A stretch of 64,000 nt of DNA from a virus. A program made the position numbers and the translations under genes. The stretch is from the IMG/VR virus record IMGVR_UViG_3300008448_000045, positions 1 through 64,000 of that record. One strand, 5' to 3'. The number at the start of each line of letters is the position of its first letter. Position 1 is the first letter of the stretch. Positions 28,901 through 36,188 of the stretch are shown one piece after another. The notes beneath the pieces are model-generated. The model worked only from the letters and a program-made list of their open reading frames with translations, ran no database searches and had not been told where the DNA came from.

Positions 28901-31900
28901 TTACGATAAAACTGATGTTGTATACAGAAATAGTACTTGGAATACGCTGTTTCCTGGTGCAAGCGTGGATGTATATGAATGGGTAGAAACTACACTAACA
29001 CCAGATCAGTGGAATGCTCAAGCAGACACTGATGCCGGGCTGTCAAACGGAATTAGCGGAACTTCTTTGTATAATAACACTACCTATAGCATAGTTAAAC
29101 GATACGATCGCATTTCAAAGTCTTTTAAAAATACCTATTACTATTGGGTAAAAAATAAAAAGACTATTCCAGCAAATAAATCTAGAATAATATCAGCTAT
29201 TGATGTGGCAAATTTAATTGCCAACCCTAGAGGTGCCGGCTATAAATTCTTAGCATTAACAAGTGAAAATAGTTTTAGTCTTGTTAATGTACAACCGTTA
29301 TTAGATAATAAAGATGTTATTTTAGGAATAGAATATTGGAATACAGAAAATATTGATCAGAACATTCATAGTCAATGGAAAATTATCAGTAATACTGACC
29401 GAGATGTAATTCCTAAAAACATAGAACAAAAATGGTTTGATAGTCTTTCTGGCAAAGACTTATACGGAAGGCCCGTGCCCGATCCGCTATTACCTCCAAA
29501 GTTAATGTTTGGAATTGAAAATAGACCCCGCCAGGGAATGTTTATTAATCGATTTGAAGCGTTAAAACAATTCATCGAAACTGTAAATTTAACTTTAGCA
29601 GGTTATCAATTAGTAGGACAAAAAAATCTTACTTCTTTTGATCAGTACGAACTAGAACCATCAAAAGAAACTACCGGACTATATGATGATGTTAAAGACA
29701 CAGATGCAGAGTTAAGATTTGCCAGTGTTGGCTTGTTTAAGAAACCAGTGTTAATTCCAGTTATAGAAGATGGTAAAATAACAGATGTTATCATCGAAGA
29801 AAAAGGCAATGGCTATTTAAATCCACCGTATCTTCAAATTTTTGGAACAGGACAAGATGCAAGTATTAGAACAATTATTAATAGTATAGGTCAAGTAGTC
29901 GACATTGATATTATTAATCCAGGAGAAGGCTACACTTCTAATACTATATTAAGTATTAGAAATTATTCTGTTTTAGTCCATGCCGATAGTCAAGCTCAAG
30001 GTGTATGGAGTATATATTCTTATGATTCTGATACTCTTTTATGGACTAGAGAAAGATCTCAGAGTTATGATGTAAGACGCTTCTGGAATTTTATAGATTG
30101 GTATGCATTAGGATATAATCAATTTACTTCTGTAGATTACATTGTGAATAGTTTTTCTGATTTAATTAGCCTAGATACAGCAGTTGGACAAACTGTAAAA
30201 CTTACATCGTCGTCAAGCGATAGTACATGGTTATTATTAGAAAAATATACTAATTCGGAATCAGTTGATTGGACACAAAGTTATAAAGTTATTGGAAGAG
30301 AAAAGGGCACAATACAGTTAAGTCCGGCTTTGTATAATTTTGAAAATACAGTATTTGGATACGATGGCTCTTTATATGATGGTACAGTTTTTGATAGCGC
30401 AGCATCAAAAGAATTACAAATTATGTTAGAGTCAATAAAAAATAATATTTTTATTGATGATTTAAGATCTAAATATTTAGAATTATTCTTTAATAGTATT
30501 CGATATGCATTTAGCGAACAAATTTATGTTGACTGGGCTTTTAAAACTAGTTTTGTACGAGCTCAACATAATGTTGGAGAATTAAGACAGCCAGTAACTT
30601 ACAAAAATGACAATCTAGAAAATTTTGAAGATTACATAGACGAAGTTAAGCCTTACAGAACAATTATAAGAGAATACATTAGCTCTTATGATTCAACTGA
30701 TGTTGTATCTTCTTCTGTAACAGATTTTGACTTAATACCTGCTAGCGAAGACAAACAATCACGATCAATAATAACAGAAGTTGTTAATGGTAAAATACTT
30801 GCCAAAGATAATTTAATTAATAGTTATCCTTGGAAATTTTGGCTTGATAATATAGGTTTTGTTGTAACTGAAATTAAAGTTACAAGTGGCGGATCTGAGT
30901 ATAAAACTGAGCCGACAGTTAGAATAATCAGCAACTCTGGAACGGGAGCATCAGCAAAGGCTTTTGTTGCTAACGGCCAAGTAACTAGAGTTGTTGTTGT
31001 TGAGAACGGTGCTGGATACCTAAGTGCTCCTCAAATTGTTATAGAAGGCGGCACCCGAGGCACAGTTGCTAAGGCAATCGCAGTTATAGGTGATTCTGTA
31101 GTAAGGTCTAACAAAATTCAAATTAAATTTGATAGAATAACTTATAATTATTTTCTCAATCAGTTAGAATCAGTTGACACACATACTGGAACAAATACTA
31201 AATTTCAGTTTCCGTTAACATGGGCACCCGATGTTAGAATTAATAAATCAACAGTTTCCATTAAGTTAGCAAACACAACAGAATTTAACGAAGTTCTTAG
31301 AGATACTTATAAATTATCTATCGTTACGTCTTTAGTAAACGGGTCTACACAATATAGCGGATCAATTACATTTAATTCAGCGCCACCTAAGAATTCAACA
31401 ATTAAAATTGAATATTTAAAGGATTGGTCTTTATTAAATGCAGCTGACAGGATACAGTATTATTACAATCCGTTAGACGGAATGCCGGGAAAAGATTTAG
31501 AACAGTTAATGGACGGTATTGATTACGGCGGAGTCCAAATTTTAGGATTAGGATTCGAAATTGGCCAAGGATGGGATAGTTTACCTTTCTTTAGCGATAG
31601 ATGGGATTCCTTTGATTCAGAGTATGACGATTATGTAACTACAATATCTGATATAAATGAAAATACATTTATCTTAAATTATGTTCCAAATGCAGGTACT
31701 AAATTAAATGTTTACCATGCTAAGTTAGTAGTTGATAATGTAGTATCCGATGGAGCAAATTTAAGATATCCGTATGATGCATTAGGTAGAAATCAAGTAG
31801 TAACAATTTTAACACCTACAACAAATCAAGCAATTGGCATACTTGTAAATTATGTTCCGACTGGCAGTAGCGGAACTACGTTAAAAGTTTCAAGCACAGT

Positions 31901-34900
31901 TGGAATCGAACCAAACATGACAGTAATTGGAGATGGATTCTTCTCAAGTCAGTTTGTGGTAGAGATTATTGATAATACAACCCTAAAACTTAGTAACGGT
32001 CCTAATATACAAATTGGCACTAACAGTCGCTTATATTTTACAAAAAATATTGCCGGCAGGAATATTATTCATGTACAGAGTACACACGGTGTTGAAGTAG
32101 GTGATACGGTAATAATTAATCCTTTAGTAAGTAACACAATTGCATTTGATACAGTAGTAACAAATGTCTTAGATAGTCGTAGAGTTGAAATTGATCAGAT
32201 TTTATTTAGAGATATCGCTCCTCCTTCTACCGATACTACTGATCCAATTCCGCCACTAATTTACGTAAATTTTTCTAGAACTTTAACGCCCGGAGTTGAT
32301 TATGTTCAAGGAATAACTTCTGAAATAAAATTAACAGAAGCAGCAGAAGTAGGAAGCGTAGTATCAATATCTTCATTATTAGCCCCAATTAGGATTGATG
32401 CTGAAGATTATGACGCTATTGAAGGTTCGCCCACAAATGAAAATGCTGTTATGGAAACAGTTATTTCAACTGGCGAACCAGACGCTCCTAACTCAACAAA
32501 ATATTCTGTTGAAATTCCTTCTGATTATGTGTTGTCTCAAGGCGACAAAATTATTATCCGTAAAGATACTAGTGATGGATCTATAAACCCACAAGAGGGC
32601 GATTACGATACATCCTTAGTTGGAGGTCAGTTTGCAGAATCAAGTTTAATTTCTGCACTTGGAATAGCAGCCGATGAAATTATAGTAGACGGTGATGGAT
32701 TTGTGACTACTACTAACAGTCATGCTCCTGAAGAAATAGTGCCTGGGCAGATAGTTGATGCAGTTGCAATTAAAGTATACGAAAGACCAAGTAGTGGATC
32801 TGCAACAATTAAGGTTGACAATTATCTAGCAAATGGTGATCAGAAAGAATTTGCTTTATCTCAAACACCAAACAGTCAAGAAGCTGTTATTGTAAAATTA
32901 ACTAAAAAGATAGAAGTTGATGGCGAGATAACAACAATATCTAGTATTATGAACAGGATTGAGGATTATGATGTATTGTTTAACAACCGATCAGTTAAAT
33001 TCAATGTTCCTCCTGAAGCCGGAAATACAGTTTCTTTATTCTCAATTGGGTTTAGTGGAACTGATATTTTAGATATCGATTATTTTGTTGGAGATAGTAA
33101 TAACATTGACTTTGTAACAAAAGCTTCATGGGTAGATCAGTTTGTAGCACTGGTATATATCAATGGTATTAAAGCTGATCCAAGATTCTTTAAAACTGAC
33201 GATTCTTACGAAGAACCAAACAGAATTGGTATAAGATTTGGTGTTGCGCCTGCTCAGTCAGATATTATCAATTATATTTTAGTTGCTAACTCTGAACAAA
33301 CTTTTGCTTTAACAAAAACAGAAAGACTCCAAACAGATGGATCATTGGTATACGATCTAAGTTATCAAGTTGGTGATTCTCTTCCTTACGAGTCTAATAT
33401 GATAGTTAGAGTAAATCAACAGATACTGCAAGGTCCTTCAAACTCTTATTTTACCATAGGAAGTAATAGATTAAACTATTCAATCGACCCAGCAAAGTTT
33501 CCTCCTAATTCTGTATCAATACAAAATATCGTAGTATTAGCAGATGGAAAACCTTTAATTTCAAATGTAGATTATACGATAGATTTATCAGGAATAACTG
33601 TTAAAATTAATAGGACAACCTATGCTAAGTATGTAAAGAAAGACTTGACAGTTAGCATTAAACCAGACACTGGATATGTTTATATACCAGCAACTCCTAC
33701 GGAATCTCCTAAAATATCATTTAGTGAATCATATGATGAAAGTGACATTGTTGAAGTTATTTCGTCGTATAAACATGATGTGTTAGACATTAAAAGAACA
33801 TCTATTCCTGTATCACCTAACTTGAGTCTTGAACCAGACACAGTTGAATTTTACTCTTATGTTGGTATTGCAGGCGGAATAGTACCTTTAGAAAGAGCCG
33901 TAAATAGTTCAGAATATATTTGGGTAATTAATAATGGAGAATTATTAGTTCCTGGTTCAGACTATATTTTGAATAGCGATAAAAAATCATTAAGATTATC
34001 ATCGCCTCCATCTTCAACTGACAAGGTTGACATTATCACTTACAGTTCTAACATTATTAGTACCGGTGTGTCTTATATGCAATTTAAGGATATGTTAAAT
34101 CGTGTTCATTATAAACGACTAAGTGCTAGAAAACAAACTCGTCTTGCAGCAGATTTAAAATATACAGATACTACTATCACAGTTGAAGATGCGTCTAACC
34201 TTTCAATACCTAATCCAGCAGGCAATAAACCTGGAATTATTGAAATTAGAGGAGAACGAATTGAATACTTTACAATTAACGGGACTGTACTCGGACAACT
34301 ACGAAGAGGTACACTAGGAACAAGTACTCCAAAGATACACAAACAAGATGCATTTGTTCAAGATATAAGTTCAAGTGAAACTATACCGTATAGTGATACT
34401 CTAATATCAGATAGTGTTGTAAGTTCAGGAACTAGCTCTGTTACTGTAGATTTTAGTCCCGCAGAATTTAACTCAACTTGGAATTACCAAGGAAAACCGT
34501 TAACAACAGAAGTTATAAATTCTATTAAGAATAATGTTGCAGAAGTGTTTGTAAGCGGTATGCGATTAAAGAAAAAAAATTATCTAATGTACGATAAAGA
34601 TCTAGGCCCTTACAGCCCTGCTGCAGATAGATCATATCCTGCAGAATTTACAATTAATAATCTAAACTCTCAAATTTTGTTAACTGAAAGTCCAACCTAT
34701 GGGGATACAGTAACAGTTGCAAAGAAAATAGGTGTTGATTGGGACGGAGTTACAAAAGTCACAAATACAGAGTCTAATATTTCTAGCTTCTTAAAAGCAG
34801 AACAAGGTATTTGGTATAATAGCATCGGTAAATATCCAGAAGGTCAATCTACGTTTGACAACAACACTGGAACATTTGACAACGATTCGATAACATTTGA

Positions 34901-34910
34901 TCAAGGATAA
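19920..34910 (+). CDS. Giant multidomain baseplate/virion protein (4996 aa; gp7 position)
   Basis: Uninterrupted ORF after gp6. Contains CBM5/12-like W....Y..G.IV.Y modules, FG-GAP-like propeller blades and G.GY...P repeats. Confidence 0.8.
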   Translation: MADKTNPNANFGNITSADFLPKFYQTTANKKFLQATVDQLIQPGTVKKINGYIGQENAKATSGDDIFIKAANSVRQQYQLEPGFIVTDELGNNNFFKDYQDYINQLGVFGGNTKDHSRLNQQEFYSWDPHIDWDKFVNFQNYYWLPYGPDAIEISGQQEKIESVYKVRLESQLSNNAYIFTPDGFERNPSLKLYKGQTYIFEIDSPSNPFVIKTHRSSGTLDKYLSDLLVYKTADEKITEAVESGTITFTVPFDCPDILFYVSTTDVNVGGVIYVTSIEENTSINVEEEVLGKKNYHLPAGFNLSNGMKVRFVGNVTPEKYKDTNWYVEGVGNEISLINEKDLDIVGKYTDIESVLFDSTPFDSLPFSDATTFAGQKDYIVINRASSDRNPWSRYNRWFHKDVVETSAKINGQNTANLDQDARAVRPIIEFEAGLKLFNFGLNSISNIDLIDTFTKDVFSNIEGQLGYNIDGVQIIEGHRILFVADEDILVNNKIYRVEFLTYEGERRIHLQEEVSPNINDVLVIDAGEINQGLAYWFNGTSWDLAQQKNTVNQPPLFDVFDNNLISFGDVTEYPGSTFIGTKIFSYKIGLGSNDLKLGFPLTYKNISNIGDIVFEFNLSWDTFQYKTDSNLVTQKIDVGYLYKKSNYSHNYINGWQTCKTTTTQAAIRIYKNSNITNNFKLDIFDNVDQLEDLIIKVYVNGVRLDGAKWSLITNNSFKEILLNEDIKTSDVLTIKAYTAQPVNNNGYYEVPINLQNNPLNEPVQLFTLGEVIDHVSSIENNVPFTGPLRDLGNITQYGTRFVQHSGPLSLAIYHLTNEKNNIVKAIELARDDYGKFKRQFILIADKFGEDIDIPSQVDKILQIMNKDKPKNSPYYFSDMVPFISCVSNEYEVIDSRIKTYPLINNFNLDTLSSRAVLVYINGTQKLARKDYTFNDQGFIVITSSINVGDKIKICEYENTSGCFMPPTPTKLGLWPAYEPKIYLDTSLVTPRVMIQGHDGSQILAYGDYRDVLLLELETRIFNNIKVTYDTSIFDIWDIVPGYNRKNNYSLEEYNNVLAPSFYKWSSLVNKDFTKPLSFDKTNSLTFNYKDNFSLNGTDVPGYWRGIYRWMLDTDRPNIAPWEMLGFSIQPTWWEDVYGPAPYTSDNLILWNDLADGIIRKPNSPAVSNKKFQRPFLKTNIPVNDQGNIISPATSGLVNGVIMPSIVDNFVFGDVSPVEAAWRRSSYYSFSVILAAILLQPAKTLGSCFDLSRTKRNLAGQLIYSDTGLRIAPSDLKIPNVYTSTERTQTAGLINYIIDYIVSDNLSLYNAYIYDLKNLQARLTHRIGGFTSKEKFNLLLDSKTPTSKGSVFIPQEDYSIILNSSSPIKKLSYSGVIITKLPIGFGTGFGFEVKGYSKTTPYFIYYPYTQPGSIVNVGGISEAFTTWSTNSRYAAGKIVSYNNNFFRSKVLHTTTDEFIPTFYEVLGSLPVVGGQTAYIRDTWDKTSPQTIPYGTTFYTIQEVVDFLLGYGEWLKDQGFVFDDFNTAMEAIANWETSAKEFLFWTTQNWSIGKDKWKEWKPNTFISVGSVVRYNSEYYRAIVDAQESTIFVEQNYVKLDYLTDLGSSVISLSPSANKISFKAELSIAEDIRNPFNPYEIVKVDGTPILPEFINSYRKENNMSYSSTNGDGIYGASFYLIQKEQVVVLNNSTMFNDTIYSTSSGYRQQRIKAAGYVSTNWQGSFDVPGFIFDQAYILPWEPWKDYVLGDIVRYKEFYYTAITSLPGAEIFDLESWTKLDKTPSPELLPNWNYKATQFTDFYNLDSDNFDISQQKVAQHLIGYQKRQYLENIIQDDVSEFKFYQGMIGEKGTNNALNKLFDVLSASNKESVDFFEEWALRVGQYGASQSFDSLEFILDERLFKNNPQGFELVNETNSNTFDFIIRQTPADVYLKPLGYNSKPWRLLTNNSSYLRSPGYVRPDSVKLLLRSIDDIVNEDVTSFVEGEHVWCGFEGASWNVYRYTETNLQVTNAVYKTDTKELIITTKTNVNLVPGTYIGINQTKKINGFYKINSVNKDSFTVSAIITPAPAKFEDQKSILIFKFDPQRISSIDLADEVTPAYPNAGEIIWTDDAGNGKWASWKYTPVYDENRIANISPAYNLQVGKQVAINSASTIAASSSLTGTVTVYDRPNLLSPWILRDDIDPPFISNQQLGVETSRYEGSVLSITSDARWLATGTPTASRVTTKYLGNWNQSTSYQVDDIVSFNNTFWKAIQTSSATQPSATGTKWDEIYYIPVNRSGNNSSLVGQGIISLYQKDSNNIFTLVDSIVSPEPSANENFGSTITFGNNCLFVGATGSDNSSGKVYQFNYETIVMASSPYNPSGSNGTRLKVSSTVGISADMLVSGIGFNKGQYVVLILDSTTLQLSDPPDQTPDGILNFTVTKWKYVGKKTAGSQAKIQFGKSIAISKDSSTLLISAPGTTTFLTNNTVDVNGIVFVYKNIGNNIYEQSQDPIVGADVKFGEGLAVSDTGEYIAISSVLFDGLKLDQGKVLVYKTTTSTTAVHASDLIPGRVYKINSAGSTNFINAGAFENKVGETFTATNNLVVAQGNLEVGKSYKISSIGTTDFTLIGAASNTLGLEFIATSTGTVGSRFLVNGKTYRIKTLGDTNWASVGAVSATFEASIINATMTVFSVASGTLQPEQGISGVGIVAGTYIINQLTGTPGQAGTYTVSINQPSLVSNTTVKSFAVGMTFQATGASSALATGTAVQGTGVVTTTGIVNQILYTQYQEILSKTPGVAEFFGSKISFLNDSESLVIFSPNATVKNIVTFDNNGTTFDDETTDFLYNKPNTGRVDVYDKYSEKWIFAESLTNKTQGSGYGHAIAVGYNTVLVGAPYEYDRFSFSGKVFTYQKLRNSYSWKILNSEGNKVDLTKIKQAFLYNSRSNKVITQLDVVDVVQGKLPKIANEEIKYKTFYDPAIYSSGLDNVNVDEGAAWTKEYVGQLWWDLRTAKFIDSYDKTDVVYRNSTWNTLFPGASVDVYEWVETTLTPDQWNAQADTDAGLSNGISGTSLYNNTTYSIVKRYDRISKSFKNTYYYWVKNKKTIPANKSRIISAIDVANLIANPRGAGYKFLALTSENSFSLVNVQPLLDNKDVILGIEYWNTENIDQNIHSQWKIISNTDRDVIPKNIEQKWFDSLSGKDLYGRPVPDPLLPPKLMFGIENRPRQGMFINRFEALKQFIETVNLTLAGYQLVGQKNLTSFDQYELEPSKETTGLYDDVKDTDAELRFASVGLFKKPVLIPVIEDGKITDVIIEEKGNGYLNPPYLQIFGTGQDASIRTIINSIGQVVDIDIINPGEGYTSNTILSIRNYSVLVHADSQAQGVWSIYSYDSDTLLWTRERSQSYDVRRFWNFIDWYALGYNQFTSVDYIVNSFSDLISLDTAVGQTVKLTSSSSDSTWLLLEKYTNSESVDWTQSYKVIGREKGTIQLSPALYNFENTVFGYDGSLYDGTVFDSAASKELQIMLESIKNNIFIDDLRSKYLELFFNSIRYAFSEQIYVDWAFKTSFVRAQHNVGELRQPVTYKNDNLENFEDYIDEVKPYRTIIREYISSYDSTDVVSSSVTDFDLIPASEDKQSRSIITEVVNGKILAKDNLINSYPWKFWLDNIGFVVTEIKVTSGGSEYKTEPTVRIISNSGTGASAKAFVANGQVTRVVVVENGAGYLSAPQIVIEGGTRGTVAKAIAVIGDSVVRSNKIQIKFDRITYNYFLNQLESVDTHTGTNTKFQFPLTWAPDVRINKSTVSIKLANTTEFNEVLRDTYKLSIVTSLVNGSTQYSGSITFNSAPPKNSTIKIEYLKDWSLLNAADRIQYYYNPLDGMPGKDLEQLMDGIDYGGVQILGLGFEIGQGWDSLPFFSDRWDSFDSEYDDYVTTISDINENTFILNYVPNAGTKLNVYHAKLVVDNVVSDGANLRYPYDALGRNQVVTILTPTTNQAIGILVNYVPTGSSGTTLKVSSTVGIEPNMTVIGDGFFSSQFVVEIIDNTTLKLSNGPNIQIGTNSRLYFTKNIAGRNIIHVQSTHGVEVGDTVIINPLVSNTIAFDTVVTNVLDSRRVEIDQILFRDIAPPSTDTTDPIPPLIYVNFSRTLTPGVDYVQGITSEIKLTEAAEVGSVVSISSLLAPIRIDAEDYDAIEGSPTNENAVMETVISTGEPDAPNSTKYSVEIPSDYVLSQGDKIIIRKDTSDGSINPQEGDYDTSLVGGQFAESSLISALGIAADEIIVDGDGFVTTTNSHAPEEIVPGQIVDAVAIKVYERPSSGSATIKVDNYLANGDQKEFALSQTPNSQEAVIVKLTKKIEVDGEITTISSIMNRIEDYDVLFNNRSVKFNVPPEAGNTVSLFSIGFSGTDILDIDYFVGDSNNIDFVTKASWVDQFVALVYINGIKADPRFFKTDDSYEEPNRIGIRFGVAPAQSDIINYILVANSEQTFALTKTERLQTDGSLVYDLSYQVGDSLPYESNMIVRVNQQILQGPSNSYFTIGSNRLNYSIDPAKFPPNSVSIQNIVVLADGKPLISNVDYTIDLSGITVKINRTTYAKYVKKDLTVSIKPDTGYVYIPATPTESPKISFSESYDESDIVEVISSYKHDVLDIKRTSIPVSPNLSLEPDTVEFYSYVGIAGGIVPLERAVNSSEYIWVINNGELLVPGSDYILNSDKKSLRLSSPPSSTDKVDIITYSSNIISTGVSYMQFKDMLNRVHYKRLSARKQTRLAADLKYTDTTITVEDASNLSIPNPAGNKPGIIEIRGERIEYFTINGTVLGQLRRGTLGTSTPKIHKQDAFVQDISSSETIPYSDTLISDSVVSSGTSSVTVDFSPAEFNSTWNYQGKPLTTEVINSIKNNVAEVFVSGMRLKKKNYLMYDKDLGPYSPAADRSYPAEFTINNLNSQILLTESPTYGDTVTVAKKIGVDWDGVTKVTNTESNISSFLKAEQGIWYNSIGKYPEGQSTFDNNTGTFDNDSITFDQG

Positions 34911-34914
34911 AAAA

Positions 34915-35520
34915 ATGACAAAGCAAGTTATTCAAGTAGGCAGCACAGTCAACGATGGCACGGGCGATACGTTACGGCAAGCCGGGATAAAAATAAATTC
35001 TAATTTTAGTGAGTTATATACAGCACTTGACAATGTTGGGTACACACTACCTATAGCATCTAACAATGTTCTTGGCGGGGTAAAAGTAGGTACTGGTTTA
35101 AGTATAGTCGATGGGACATTAAATGCACTAGCAAATAGCTATGTCTTACCAACATCGACTACTCAATCGCTTGGCGGCGTAAAAATTGACGGGTCTACAA
35201 TAGTTATTAATGGCGCTGGCACTATTAGCGCCATTCAGTACGCTTTGCCAACAGCAACAACTTCGATCAAAGGCGGCGTAAAAGTTGACGGAACATCAAT
35301 TACAATTGATGGCAATGGCGTTATAAGTGCTAACTTAATTGCTAGTAGCAATCAACCTTTTAAGTTGCCGTCGTTTACAACAGTACAGCGAGATGCGCTG
35401 TCTGCTCAAAATGGAGACGTAATCTATAATACTTCTGCTGGTAAATTTCAAGGTTATCAAAACGGAACATGGGTTGATTTAGCGCCTACAATTTTAGATG
35501 GTGGCGCTGCCCCCCAATAA
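34915..35520 (+). CDS. Baseplate-fibre connector, gp9/gp10-like N-terminus plus three LP.A....GGVK repeats
   Basis: I.VG...NDGTGD.LR.A..KIN.NF.ELY motif; start moved to ATG 34915. Confidence 0.75.
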   Translation: MTKQVIQVGSTVNDGTGDTLRQAGIKINSNFSELYTALDNVGYTLPIASNNVLGGVKVGTGLSIVDGTLNALANSYVLPTSTTQSLGGVKIDGSTIVINGAGTISAIQYALPTATTSIKGGVKVDGTSITIDGNGVISANLIASSNQPFKLPSFTTVQRDALSAQNGDVIYNTSAGKFQGYQNGTWVDLAPTILDGGAAPQ

Positions 35521-35549
35521 TTTATTAAATTAGCAGATTATAAGACTTG

Positions 35550-35556
35550 ATAAATA
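35550..35556 (+). promoter_or_regulatory. Late promoter-like ATAAATA
   Basis: 20 nt upstream of ATG 35577. Confidence 0.6.
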
Positions 35557-35576
35557 TAAGATAAAGAGAGATTATT

Positions 35577-36185
35577 ATGCAGAGTAAAGACGTTACTGGA
35601 GTTCATATTGAAGGGCATATTAAAATATATGACCCTATTTCGGCTGAAGTTTACATTAATAAACGAAACGCAATACACTATGAAAATATTAGTATAGCTC
35701 TAGCAAGCAGCCTAGCAAATAGTGGACAAGGATTTATTTACGAAATGGCTTTTGGTAACGGCGGCACCGCGGTTGACCCAACAGGAATAATAACATACTT
35801 AACTCCCAACAGTTCGGGGACAAATGCTAGCTTATATAATGAAACTTATTCAAAAGTAGTTGATGATCGTTCAAGTAACAACGTTGATCCTACACGAAAC
35901 TTTATTGAAACTAGGCACGTTACAGGAATGAATTACACTGATATTTTTGTAACATGTTTATTAGATTACGGCGAACCGCCTGCTCAATCAGCATTTGATA
36001 ACACAACTAATAATCAAAATGATTTTGTATTTGATGAACTTGGATTAAAAAGTTATAGCCAAATTGGAACTCCATTATTGCTTACGCATGTTATTTTTCA
36101 CCCTGTGCAAAAATCTTTAAACAGATTAATACAGATTGATTATACGGTACGTATTCAGAGTTTAACAGGTTTAATGGGGGTATAA
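35577..36185 (+). CDS. Virion structural (baseplate) protein, 202 aa
   Basis: Position in the late cluster; FDELGL...LLTHVIF.PV.K C-terminus resembles fibre-attachment domains. Confidence 0.6.
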   Translation: MQSKDVTGVHIEGHIKIYDPISAEVYINKRNAIHYENISIALASSLANSGQGFIYEMAFGNGGTAVDPTGIITYLTPNSSGTNASLYNETYSKVVDDRSSNNVDPTRNFIETRHVTGMNYTDIFVTCLLDYGEPPAQSAFDNTTNNQNDFVFDELGLKSYSQIGTPLLLTHVIFHPVQKSLNRLIQIDYTVRIQSLTGLMGV

Positions 36186-36188
36186 CAA

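Noticed and set aside
19920-34910. Intein or stop-codon recoding as the explanation for the giant ORF
   Set aside because: No intein splice or LAGLIDADG motifs noticed. Conserved genes are full length and tightly packed in the standard code, with TAA, TGA and TAG all used as stops.
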